DNA of 64,000 bases from contig JBFXKG010000008.1 of NCBI GenBank assembly GCA_050174015.1, positions 138,378 through 202,377 of the forward strand. The letters run 5' to 3'. Below the pieces are notes generated by a model. It ran no database searches and was not told where the DNA came from. It saw nothing but the letters and a program-made list of their open reading frames with translations. The position numbers and the translations under genes were made by a program. Source of the DNA: Candidatus Krumholzibacteriia bacterium (lineage in GTDB: Bacteria; Krumholzibacteriota; Krumholzibacteriia; LZORAL124-64-63). Positions 18,537 to 27,527 of the stretch are shown here, in pieces (positions within the stretch are counted from its first letter, which is position 1; each line of letters starts with the position of its first letter).

Positions 18537-19685
18537 TCAGACCGGAGGGCGGTTGCCTTCCCCGTAGCCGGCCATCTCGACGAATCCCCGACCGATGGTC
18601 CGGCCGGCGCCGGCCGGTCCCCGGGAACGGACCTCGACCGCCCCTTCCCAGTAGTGGACGCCCGACAGGCGGGAGACGTTCTCCTGGTCGGGGATCACCG
18701 CTTGGAATTCCAGATCGAGGCCGGCCGAGGGCACCTCCAGGATCCACTTCACCGGGTAGTCGGCGCCGGTGACCGGACTGCGCCACCGGTCCTGCGTTTC
18801 CAGCCGGAAATCGCCGTCCGCCAGGGGAGTGGTCGATCCGTCGGGAGCGACCAGGGTGCCCGACGCGAACCCGTCTCCTCCCTCCGGACCGAAGAGCCGG
18901 TAGACCATCAGTTCGCGGCCGTCGGCCAGCTGGAGGCTGACCCAGTCCCAGCCCTTCTGATCGGGGGCCAGGGTGCTGGTGAAGATCTCCTGGTCCATCC
19001 AGCACTCCCCGCGGACGCGGACCATGGCCCCGTTCCGCATCACCGATCCGCTGACCTCCATGCGGGTGAAGGCGGCGTACAGGCTGCCGGCGGTGCCGGC
19101 GGCGTTCTTGGCGCTGAACCCGAGGTCGCCGTGCAGGACCACCGGCTTGGCCGGCCGGCAGTCCAGCGCGAAGGCCAGCCCCTGGCGGTCATCGGACGCC
19201 CGCAGGGCGAACGCCTGCCCGTCGAAGCCGAGGGACCAGAGATCGGCCGTGCCGCCCGGTCCCCGGCACCAGGCGATGACGGTGTCCCCGGGAGCGCCGA
19301 ACCCGCCCAGCAGCGGGGTCGCCCGCCACAGGACCTCGCTGAAGACGTGGTTCCCCGCGGCGGCATCGCTGATCGCGGCGTGGGCCATGACGCCGCCGCG
19401 GGCGGCAAGACCCGTCTCCGGCGTTCCCGTTCCCGGGGGCACCATGCCCAGCCTGAAGAAGGTCAGCTGGAAGCCGAGGGCGTCGCCCGGGACCCCGGCG
19501 ACGTCCTCCGGTTCGAGGTGCCCGGTGAAGTACCACCACTCGGTCTTGAATTCGGGATGGGCGAAGTGGTCGCGGGGCCATTCCCACCGGTACCCCGGAG
19601 CGGCCTGGCGCCAGCCGGAGTCGGATCCCGCCCCGCAGGGAAGGGCCAGCGCAGCGGTCAGGATCAGCCAGGTCCACCTTGCCAT
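18537..19685 (-). CDS. AttH/CrtC-like lipocalin-domain protein, secreted
   Basis: Signal peptide; PRDHFAHPEFKTEWWYFTG, QLTFFR, WMDQE, GWDW, YWEG and GFVEMAGY. Confidence 0.88.
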   Translation of the reverse strand: MARWTWLILTAALALPCGAGSDSGWRQAAPGYRWEWPRDHFAHPEFKTEWWYFTGHLEPEDVAGVPGDALGFQLTFFRLGMVPPGTGTPETGLAARGGVMAHAAISDAAAGNHVFSEVLWRATPLLGGFGAPGDTVIAWCRGPGGTADLWSLGFDGQAFALRASDDRQGLAFALDCRPAKPVVLHGDLGFSAKNAAGTAGSLYAAFTRMEVSGSVMRNGAMVRVRGECWMDQEIFTSTLAPDQKGWDWVSLQLADGRELMVYRLFGPEGGDGFASGTLVAPDGSTTPLADGDFRLETQDRWRSPVTGADYPVKWILEVPSAGLDLEFQAVIPDQENVSRLSGVHYWEGAVEVRSRGPAGAGRTIGRGFVEMAGYGEGNRPPV

Positions 19686-19693
19686 GGGGCTCC

Positions 19694-22264
19694 TCACAGG
19701 TCGTCCCGGCTCAGCTGGGCGGGGCTGGACAGCCCCGACTTCCAGGCCGGGTAGATGCCGGCGGCAAGGGCCGCGCCGAGGATGACGGCGACCTCCAGGG
19801 AGAGGGCGCCCAGCGGCACGTCCGGGCGGATCGTCCAGCCGAACCAGTCGCGGTTGATGACCAGGATGAGCAGGGCGGCCAGGCCTGCGCCGCCGCCGAG
19901 ACCCATCGCCAGCCCCAGGCCGGCCATGGCGAGGCCTTCGCCGAGGAACATGCGTGAGATCTGGCCGCGGGTCGCCCCGAGGGCGCGGAACAGGGCGAGC
20001 TCCCCGGCGCGCTCCCGGACCTGGATGAGCTGGGCGAGGGCCAGACCGCAGGCGGCGATGAACAGCGCCATGGTCTGCAGGGTGCGCGTGACGGCGAACG
20101 TCTGGTCGAAGATGTCCAGGACTTCCCGGCGCAGGGTGGCGTTGCTGCGGAAGACCAGAGGGCGCCCCTGGTGGATCCGCTGGAGCTCGGCGACCACGGC
20201 GTCGGGATCGGCGCCGGGCCGAAGGAACAGCGCGGCGTTGTTGGGCTGGTCGGAGCGGAAGTGTCGCCCGAAGGTCTCCAGGGTCGTGAACGCCGTGCCG
20301 GCCTCGCTGGTGTAGTCGAAGGCCACTCCGGCGATGGGCAGGGAAACCGGCCCGTCGGGACCCGCGAGAACCAGGTCGTCCCCGGGTCCAAGCCCGGCCT
20401 TGCGGGCCAGGGGCTCGCCGATGACCACGGCCTCGGCGTCGAGCAACCGTCCGGCCACAGTCTCCGGGTCGCCCGCGTAAAGGGGAAGACGGGAGGCGAG
20501 GGTGACGCCGGGGACCGCCGAGAAGGCGATGCCGCTGAGCCAGACCCGGTGGCGGCCGTCGGCGGTGCTCACGCGCAGGCGGCGCTGGGTCTCGACGGCC
20601 TGGACGTCCGGTCTGCCGCCCAGCGCGGCCAGCAGATCCCCGTCGAGGAACGCCTCGTTGCCGGCGCGGACCCACGACTCGGTGGAGACGTAGACGTCGG
20701 CCCGGATGGTCACGTCGAGCCAGGTGACCAGCGTCTGGCGGAAGCTGCCGACCAGCAGGGTGATCCCGACCATCATGCTGATGGTCACCGCCAGGGCCGC
20801 CACCGCGAAGCTGCTGGTGCGCAGGCGGATGGTCAGGTTGCGCAGGCTGAGGACCCAGCCCAGGCCGCGGGGGCGCAGGGGGGCTCCCGCCGTCCGGATC
20901 ACGCCCGGAACCAGGAGCGGCAGGCCGATGAGCATGACGAAGCCGAGGATGAAGCCGGCGTAACGGTTGTCCCCGCCGGCGGCGGCGAACCAGAGCAGGC
21001 CCGCGGCCATCGCCGCGACGGCGAGCAGGGCGAGCGGAATCGCGGTGCGCCGCGCTCCCTCGTGGATCGTCAGCGGCGAGAGCAGTTCGACCACCCCCCG
21101 GCGCGACATGTCGATCGCCGGCAGGATCGCCCCGCAGAGGGCGCCGCCCAGCCCGACCGCCGCCCCGAGGACGATGACCGAGGGGGTGAGGACCAGGCGC
21201 GAGATCTCTTCCAGGACGTAGATGCTGGTCAGGGTGGCGCTCACCGTCTCCACGTTCCACAGGGCGATCCGGAATCCGGTGGGGATGCCGATGACCACGC
21301 CCAGCAGGCCCAGCACCCCCGCCTCGGCCAGGATCAGGACGAGGACCTGGCGGGGTTGCATCCCCAGGACGCGCAGGACCCCGAATTCCCGCCGCCTGCG
21401 GACCAGGCTCGCCTGGACGCTGGCCAGGACGAGGAACAGGCCCACGAACACGCTGATCAGGCTCAGGGCGGTCAGGTTCAACCGGAAGGCAGCCAGCAGT
21501 CCGGAGGCGTCCTCGGCCCGCTGCTCGGGAGTCAGGACCCGCACGCCGGGTCCGAGGTTCCGCTGGAGCCTGGCGGCCGCCGTCCCGGGATCCTCGTCCC
21601 CGGCGAGGACGATGTCGATCTGGTGGATGGCGTCGGGCCGGGCGAGCAGGGCCTGGGCCTGGGCGACGTCCATCACGGCGATGTCCACCGGAGCCAGGGG
21701 TTCGTAGCGCTGGAAGTCGACCAGGGCGCCGATGACCAGCCGGGCCAGGCGGCTGCCGCTGCTGACGGTGACCGTGTCGCCGACCGCCCAGCCGTGTCCG
21801 GCGGCGAGTCGGGGGGTGACGGCGCACCAGCCGGGCACGGCCATGGCGGCGGCCACCAGGCCCCCGGGATCGGCGGCCGCGCCGGTATCGTCCAGCTGCC
21901 GGGTCAACGGGTAGCGGACGGGCGCGAAGACGTCGAAGCCCACGATCTGGATGAGGTCGCCCGTGCCGTCCGCCAGGGCGGCGTCGAAGCGGCAAAGGGG
22001 CCAGGCGTCCCTGACCGCAGGATCGGCCAGGACCCGGGGCAGCAACGCGGGGTCGATGGTGGGGACGGTGCCCAGGACCGTCAGGTCGGCCTGACCGCTG
22101 ACTGCCCGGACGCTGCCTCCGAAGGCCTGCAGGGCCCCCTGGTTGAGGGTCTGGATGGCGACGACCGAACCCACGCCCAGGCTGACGCCCACCACCGTCA
22201 GCAGCAGCAGGGTCCGTCCTTCGCGGACCAGACCCAGCAGACCGTGGGCGAGCACGCGGATCAC
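19694..22264 (-). CDS. ABC transporter permease, FtsX/MacB type with duplicated architecture
   Basis: GVSLGVG, AFRLNLTALS, RRRREFGVLRVLG, IFDQTFAVT and INRDWFGWTI. GTG at 22264 overlaps the ATPase stop. Confidence 0.9.
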   Translation of the reverse strand: MIRVLAHGLLGLVREGRTLLLLTVVGVSLGVGSVVAIQTLNQGALQAFGGSVRAVSGQADLTVLGTVPTIDPALLPRVLADPAVRDAWPLCRFDAALADGTGDLIQIVGFDVFAPVRYPLTRQLDDTGAAADPGGLVAAAMAVPGWCAVTPRLAAGHGWAVGDTVTVSSGSRLARLVIGALVDFQRYEPLAPVDIAVMDVAQAQALLARPDAIHQIDIVLAGDEDPGTAAARLQRNLGPGVRVLTPEQRAEDASGLLAAFRLNLTALSLISVFVGLFLVLASVQASLVRRRREFGVLRVLGMQPRQVLVLILAEAGVLGLLGVVIGIPTGFRIALWNVETVSATLTSIYVLEEISRLVLTPSVIVLGAAVGLGGALCGAILPAIDMSRRGVVELLSPLTIHEGARRTAIPLALLAVAAMAAGLLWFAAAGGDNRYAGFILGFVMLIGLPLLVPGVIRTAGAPLRPRGLGWVLSLRNLTIRLRTSSFAVAALAVTISMMVGITLLVGSFRQTLVTWLDVTIRADVYVSTESWVRAGNEAFLDGDLLAALGGRPDVQAVETQRRLRVSTADGRHRVWLSGIAFSAVPGVTLASRLPLYAGDPETVAGRLLDAEAVVIGEPLARKAGLGPGDDLVLAGPDGPVSLPIAGVAFDYTSEAGTAFTTLETFGRHFRSDQPNNAALFLRPGADPDAVVAELQRIHQGRPLVFRSNATLRREVLDIFDQTFAVTRTLQTMALFIAACGLALAQLIQVRERAGELALFRALGATRGQISRMFLGEGLAMAGLGLAMGLGGGAGLAALLILVINRDWFGWTIRPDVPLGALSLEVAVILGAALAAGIYPAWKSGLSSPAQLSRDDL

Positions 22265-22965
22265 GAGGGGACGCCCGGATCCGGCCGCAGCCGGCCGTCG
22301 TGGAGCTCGAAGATGCGCTCGGCGCGTGCGGCGAGGGCCCGGCTGTGGGTCACCAGCAACAGGGCGCACCGTTCCGCCTCGGCCATCTCCAGCAGGAGGT
22401 CCAGGATGACCCGTCCGGTGCGGTCGTCCAGGCTGCCGGTGGGCTCGTCGGCCAGCAGCAGGGAGGGCTTGTTCAGCAGGGCCCGGCAGAGGGCCACCCG
22501 CTGCATCTCCCCTCCGGACAGGCGTCCCACCGGATCCCGGGCCCGGTCCGCCAGGCCGACCCGATCGAGCAGCTCCCCGACGCGCGTCGCCAGCCCTCCG
22601 CCCGGACGCCCGTCGATCCAGCCGGGCAGGGCGACGTTCTCGGCCACGTTCAGGTGGGGCAGCAGGTGGAAGAACTGGAAGACGATGCCGATCCGGTCGC
22701 GGCGCAGCCGGGTCCGCGCGTTCTCGGTCATCCCTCCGAGATCCTCGCCGTCGATCAGCACCCTGCCCGAGGTGGGCACCGCGATGCCGGCCGCCAGGTG
22801 GAGCAGCGTGGTCTTGCCGCTGCCGCTGCGGCCGACCAGGGCCAGGCACTGGCCGGGGTGAAGGGAAAGATCGACCCCGTCGAGCACGGTGCGGGCCGGA
22901 CCGGATTCCCCAGGAAAGACCATCCCGACGCGATCGAGGACGAGGGCGGGGGACGGTCCGTTCAC
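22261..22965 (-). CDS. ABC transporter ATP-binding protein (LolD/MacB-like)
   Basis: Walker A GRSGSGKT, IVFQFFHL, LSGGEMQRVA, LADEPTG and LVTH. Confidence 0.94.
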   Translation of the reverse strand: MNGPSPALVLDRVGMVFPGESGPARTVLDGVDLSLHPGQCLALVGRSGSGKTTLLHLAAGIAVPTSGRVLIDGEDLGGMTENARTRLRRDRIGIVFQFFHLLPHLNVAENVALPGWIDGRPGGGLATRVGELLDRVGLADRARDPVGRLSGGEMQRVALCRALLNKPSLLLADEPTGSLDDRTGRVILDLLLEMAEAERCALLLVTHSRALAARAERIFELHDGRLRPDPGVPS

Positions 22966-22997
22966 GATCAGCGTCCTTCCGTGGCCGGGTCCCGGAT

Positions 22998-23327
22998 TCA
23001 GCGGCGGAACAGGGCCTTGACGGAGCCGAAGGCGCGGGGCGCCGCCGGCACCGCCGGGTTGGCCCCGAACACCAGGTGGTCGACGACGAAGGCGTCCCCG
23101 CGGCCGCCCAGGGAGACGCTCACGATGGGTTCGAAGGGGTCGTCGCTGCTGATCAGGAGAAACCCGTTGCGCTGGGGAGTCAAGGGAAAGCCCAGGGCCA
23201 GCTCCGCATCGGGCGTTCCCCACCGTTCGGCGGGGATGTGGACGACGTCGAAGGCTCCCCGGACGGGGGAGGCTCCGCCGTTCAGGAGGATGCAGGCGGC
23301 GGCCGTCAGGAGGATCCTCTGGGTCAT
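22998..23327 (-). CDS. Small secreted protein with C-terminal VPAxxxxFGSVKALFRR tag
   Basis: AAGGA RBS; signal-peptide-like N-terminus; start overlaps the SGNH gene stop. Confidence 0.65.
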   Translation of the reverse strand: MTQRILLTAAACILLNGGASPVRGAFDVVHIPAERWGTPDAELALGFPLTPQRNGFLLISSDDPFEPIVSVSLGGRGDAFVVDHLVFGANPAVPAAPRAFGSVKALFRR

Positions 23328-24079
23328 GGCGGCGTTCCTTTCCTGGCGTGGAGGATGCCGATCACGGCATCCTGCATGTCTTCCACCCAGAGACCGTACA
23401 TGGCCATCGAGAAGTGGAGTCCGTCCCGGGCCACCAGATCGCTGCGGCCGGCGGCCGTCCGGGACAGGGGGGTGATGTCCAGCCAGTGGGCTCCGCCGTC
23501 CAGGGCGACGGGGCAGGCGGCCGCGTTGAACGCGTCGATGGCCGCGGAGACCGCCGCGCCGCCGAAGAGTTCGCCCACGGGCGTGATTCCGTAATCGGGA
23601 ATCGAGAAGACGATGACGCGGTCCGGACGTCCGCCCGCCGCTGTGACGGCGCGCCCGACGATGGCCTGCAGGTCGGCGGCGAAGGCGTCCGGCGCCATGC
23701 CCTGGAACTGGTTGTTGACCCCGATCATCACCGTGACGAGGTCATGGGTCCCCGTCGGCGGCGTGCGGTCGAGCGCTGCGAGGAGGTCCCCGGTGGTCCA
23801 GCCGGTGGCCGCGAGGCTGGTCACCGCGAGGGTGTCGCCGCGGACCAGCAGGGAGTCGGCCAGCTGGCGCGGCCAGGCGCCCCGCTCGGGCACGCCTTCG
23901 CCCACGGTGTAGGAATCCCCGAGGGCGAGCAGGGAAAAGGTCCGGGTGGCGACGGGCCCGGGTCCGGGAGCCGTCGGGCCCGGATGATCCAGGCACCCTC
24001 CCGCGCAAGACAGCGCCGCGAGGACGGTGCACGCAAGGATCCCGGGCGCGGCAGGCTTGCCGTGCGGCATCATGGGCAT
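23324..24079 (-). CDS. SGNH/GDSL hydrolase lipoprotein
   Basis: LGDSYT, ATGWTT, IGVNN and DGLH blocks; lipobox-like GGC. Exact start uncertain. Confidence 0.9.
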   Translation of the reverse strand: MPMMPHGKPAAPGILACTVLAALSCAGGCLDHPGPTAPGPGPVATRTFSLLALGDSYTVGEGVPERGAWPRQLADSLLVRGDTLAVTSLAATGWTTGDLLAALDRTPPTGTHDLVTVMIGVNNQFQGMAPDAFAADLQAIVGRAVTAAGGRPDRVIVFSIPDYGITPVGELFGGAAVSAAIDAFNAAACPVALDGGAHWLDITPLSRTAAGRSDLVARDGLHFSMAMYGLWVEDMQDAVIGILHARKGTPP

Positions 24080-24177
24080 ACCTCGAGTGGATGAGGGGAC
24101 CGGGCGGGTGGTTCGGATCCCCGTTCATGAATGAACAATGTATAACCGGTTCGCGGATCCGCTACCGGGTCGGAGAG

Positions 24178-24663
24178 TCAGGCGATGGCTCCGGGCAGGC
24201 CGGCCAGGCGCCGCAGCACGCCCAGCTGTCCGGCGTGGTAGGCCTCGTGGAACTGGAGGAGGCCCAGCCCCTCGGCCAGGGTGCAACGCCCCAGGGGAGG
24301 AGGCAGGTCGACGACCCTGGCCAGCTGCTCGGGCCCCAGGCCGGGAATGGCGGCGGCGATCTTCTCCTGGGAAGCGTGGAAGAGCTCCAGCAGATCGGCC
24401 AGGGGGATGCCGGGGTTCCCGGCATCCACGCTTGCGTTTCCGCGTTCGTAGGGCGATGCCGCCTCTCGCGACAGGGCGGGCTCCAGCCCGAGCAGGAAGT
24501 GGACTCCGTTGCGGCCGGTCAGGATGTGGCCCAGGATCCAGTTGGCGCTGCTCCCGCCCCGTGGCGGGCACGCCAGAGCCTGTTCCTCGGTCATGCCCTC
24601 GAGGTTCACCCCCACGACGTGGGCGGTGAAGCGGAACTGCTTGGCCAGGACGCCGGTGATCAT
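24178..24663 (-). CDS. DinB/YfiT-like family protein
   Basis: SANWILGHI and HEAYHAGQL; AAGGAG RBS before the ATG at 24663. Confidence 0.85.
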   Translation of the reverse strand: MITGVLAKQFRFTAHVVGVNLEGMTEEQALACPPRGGSSANWILGHILTGRNGVHFLLGLEPALSREAASPYERGNASVDAGNPGIPLADLLELFHASQEKIAAAIPGLGPEQLARVVDLPPPLGRCTLAEGLGLLQFHEAYHAGQLGVLRRLAGLPGAIA

Positions 24664-24665
24664 GA

Positions 24666-26066
24666 TCACTCCTTGACCAGCATCCGGGCGGCCTCGTAGA
24701 CCGTCTCCGAGAGCGTGGGATGGGGATGGATGGTCTTGCGCAGGTCCTCGCCGGTGGCGGCCATCTCCATCGCCAGCACGCCCTCGGCGATCAGTTCCCC
24801 GGCGCCGGGGCCGGCGACGGCGATCCCGAGCACCGCGTCGGATTCCGGATCGGTGATCACCTTGGTGAGGCCGTCCTCCCGGCCGAGGGTCAGGGTGCGG
24901 CCGTTGCCGCGCCAGGGCAGCTTCGCGGTCTGGACCTTGCGACCCTGTTCGCGGGCCTGGGTCTCGGTCAGCCCGCACCAGGCGATCTCCGGATCGGTGA
25001 ACACCACGGCGGGAATGGCGCGGGGATCGTAGACGGCCTTGCGCCCCGCGGCCGCCTCCGCGGCCACGTCCGCCTCTCCGTAGGCCTTGTGGGCCAGCAT
25101 GGGTTCGCCTGCGATGTCACCGACGGCGAAGATGTGGGAGACCCGGGTCCGGCGCTGGGCGTCCACGGGGACGAAGCCCTTGGCGTCGACCTCGATGCCT
25201 GCGGCCTCGAGGCCGAGATTCTCCGTGTTGGGCCGCCTTCCGATGGAGATCAGGACGCGGTCGAAGGTCTGCTCCTGCGACCCCTTCTTGTCCTCGAGAG
25301 TGACCTTGACGCCGCCCTTCTGCTCCTTCATCGCCGCAACCTTGGTGGACAGCATGATGGACGCGAACTGTCCGTCCAGGCGTCGCTTGAGCACCGAGAC
25401 CAGGTCGCGGTCGCAGCCGGGGAGCAGCCCGTTCGTCATCTCGACGACGGACACCTTGCTCCCCAGGGCCGCGTAGACGGATCCGAGCTCCAGGCCGATG
25501 TACCCGCCGCCGACCACCAGCAGGGAACCGGGCACGTCCTTCAGGGCCAGGGCTCCGGTGGAATCGACGATGCGGTCGCTGGCCTCGATCCCGGGGAGCA
25601 TGATGGGACGGGATCCGGTGGCGATGATGGCCTGCTCGAAGGTCATCTCGCCCTGGAGTCCTCCGGCTGCGGACACCTGCAGGGTGCTGGGCCCGGTCAG
25701 GCGGGCGGTGCCCCGCACGTGCGTGATCTTCTTCTGCTGGACCTTCATGCCCAGGCCGCCGGTGAGCTTGCCGATCACCTCGTCCTTCCAGGTCCGCACC
25801 CGGTCCACGTCGATCTCCGGTGGCGCGAACTTCACGCCGATGGCCTCGGATTCGGCGGTCTCGTTCACCAGCTTGGCCACGTGCAGCAGGGCCTTGCTGG
25901 GGATGCAGCCGCGGTAGAGGCAGACCCCGCCGGGATTCTCGGCGGGATCGATCAGGGTGACCTCGAGGCCGAGTTCGGCCGCCTTGAATGCCGCGTGGTA
26001 TCCCCCGGGACCCGCCCCGATCACGACCAGCGAAGCCTTCGCGGGGATGGTGCTCGTCTCAGCCAT
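24666..26066 (-). CDS. lpdA: Dihydrolipoyl dehydrogenase (E3)
   Basis: IGAGPGGY, GGVCLYRGCIPSK, GGGYIGLE and HPHPTLSE. Confidence 0.97.
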   Translation of the reverse strand: MAETSTIPAKASLVVIGAGPGGYHAAFKAAELGLEVTLIDPAENPGGVCLYRGCIPSKALLHVAKLVNETAESEAIGVKFAPPEIDVDRVRTWKDEVIGKLTGGLGMKVQQKKITHVRGTARLTGPSTLQVSAAGGLQGEMTFEQAIIATGSRPIMLPGIEASDRIVDSTGALALKDVPGSLLVVGGGYIGLELGSVYAALGSKVSVVEMTNGLLPGCDRDLVSVLKRRLDGQFASIMLSTKVAAMKEQKGGVKVTLEDKKGSQEQTFDRVLISIGRRPNTENLGLEAAGIEVDAKGFVPVDAQRRTRVSHIFAVGDIAGEPMLAHKAYGEADVAAEAAAGRKAVYDPRAIPAVVFTDPEIAWCGLTETQAREQGRKVQTAKLPWRGNGRTLTLGREDGLTKVITDPESDAVLGIAVAGPGAGELIAEGVLAMEMAATGEDLRKTIHPHPTLSETVYEAARMLVKE

Positions 26067-26070
26067 GCTG

Positions 26071-27474
26071 CTATCCCTTCATCACGAGGTTCAGGGGCTG
26101 TTCCAGCGCCTCGCAGATCCAGCGCAGGAACCGGGCGCCGTCCGCGCCGTCGATGACGCGGTGGTCGTAGGTCAGCGACAGGGGCATCATCAGCCGCGGC
26201 CGGAATTCCGAGCCGTTCCACACCGGCGCCATGGCCGCCCGCGAGACCCCCAGGATCGCCACCTGGGGGGCGTAGACGATGGGGGAGAACGCGGTCCCGC
26301 CGATCCCGCCGAGGTTGCTGATGGTGAACGTGCCGCCCTCCATGTCGGCGGGGCTGATGCGCCGCTCGCGGGTCTGCTCCGCCAGGGCGTTCAGCTCGAC
26401 GGCCAGGGTCTCAATCCCCTTGCGGTCGGCGTCGCGGATCACGGGCACGAGCAGGCCTCCGGGCGTGTCCACGGCCACGCCGATGTGGACGTAGTCCTTG
26501 AAGATAAGCTCCTGGTGGGCGAGGTCCAGGCTGCTGTTGAACTGCGGGAAGGCCTTCAGGGCGGTGGCGCAGACCTTCAGCAGGATGGCGGTCGTGGTCA
26601 GCTTGTTCTCCGAGGCGGCGGTGCGGTTGAAGTCCTTGCGGAAGGCTTCCAGCCCGGTGATGTCGGCCTGGTCGTCCTGGGTGACCATGGGGATGGTCGA
26701 CCAGGCGTAGCTCATGGCGTCCGCCGTGATGCGGCGCACCCTGGACAAGGGCTCCTGGTGCACGGGACCCCACCTGGTGAAGTCGGGCAGGGGCCGTTGC
26801 GCGTGCAGGCCGGGGAATTCGCCGGTCGCCCCGGGGAGGGGCCCGCCGCCGGTGATGCGCTGCATGGTCTCGCGGACGAAGGTCCGCACGTCGTCCTCGC
26901 CGATGCGGCCGCCCGGTCCGGTGCCCTGCACCTGGTAGATGTCCACGCCCAGATCGCGGGCCAGCCGGCGGATCGAGGGCGCCGCAGGGGCGACGCGGTC
27001 CCCCGTGCGCACGGTCTGCAGGTCGACTGCGGGGGACGCGCCCCCGGCGGGTGCTGCGGCGGACCCAGCGGCGGAAACGGCGGGCGCCGGTGTGGTGGGT
27101 TTTCCTTTTTCCGCGGTCGCGGCTACGGCCTCCGGTTCAGCGTCGGCCTCCGGGGCCGCCGCGGAGGCGGGGGCGGGAGCGCGCTCTTCCGCAGGCGCGG
27201 GCCCGGATCGAGGCGCGGCGTCCGCGGCCGCTTCGCCGGCGGGTTCGCCGAGCATGATGACCGCCCCGATCTTCACCTCGTCGCCCTCGGCCACCTTGAC
27301 CTCGGTGATGACGCCCTGGAAGGGTGAGGGGATGGCCACCACGGCCTTGTCCGTCTCCATCTCCAGGAGGGTCTGGTCTGCCTCCACCTTGTCGCCGGCG
27401 GCGACGGAAATGGAGATGACGGTTCCCTTGACGACGCCGTCGCTGACTTCGGGTACGCGGATTTCCTGTGCCAT
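26071..27474 (-). CDS. aceF: Pyruvate dehydrogenase E2 (single lipoyl domain)
   Basis: Lipoyl site ETDKA, E3-binding AAPSIRRLARDLGVD, TFTISNLGGIG and DHRVIDG. Confidence 0.95.
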   Translation of the reverse strand: MAQEIRVPEVSDGVVKGTVISISVAAGDKVEADQTLLEMETDKAVVAIPSPFQGVITEVKVAEGDEVKIGAVIMLGEPAGEAAADAAPRSGPAPAEERAPAPASAAAPEADAEPEAVAATAEKGKPTTPAPAVSAAGSAAAPAGGASPAVDLQTVRTGDRVAPAAPSIRRLARDLGVDIYQVQGTGPGGRIGEDDVRTFVRETMQRITGGGPLPGATGEFPGLHAQRPLPDFTRWGPVHQEPLSRVRRITADAMSYAWSTIPMVTQDDQADITGLEAFRKDFNRTAASENKLTTTAILLKVCATALKAFPQFNSSLDLAHQELIFKDYVHIGVAVDTPGGLLVPVIRDADRKGIETLAVELNALAEQTRERRISPADMEGGTFTISNLGGIGGTAFSPIVYAPQVAILGVSRAAMAPVWNGSEFRPRLMMPLSLTYDHRVIDGADGARFLRWICEALEQPLNLVMKG

Positions 27475-27527
27475 GCTGGTCCTTCCCCGCGGGGACCCGG
27501 CGCGCCCAGGCGGCCGGGCCCGGGCGG

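Noticed and set aside
18537..19685. Carotenoid hydratase CrtC as evidence of a carotenoid cluster
   Set aside because: No crt genes are nearby; the signal peptide and ABC context fit the AttH-like subgroup.
18537..22849. 1152-aa and 1051-aa ORFs as giant fusion proteins
   Set aside because: The N-terminal parts are off-frame over neighbouring genes; plausible starts are 19685 and 22264.
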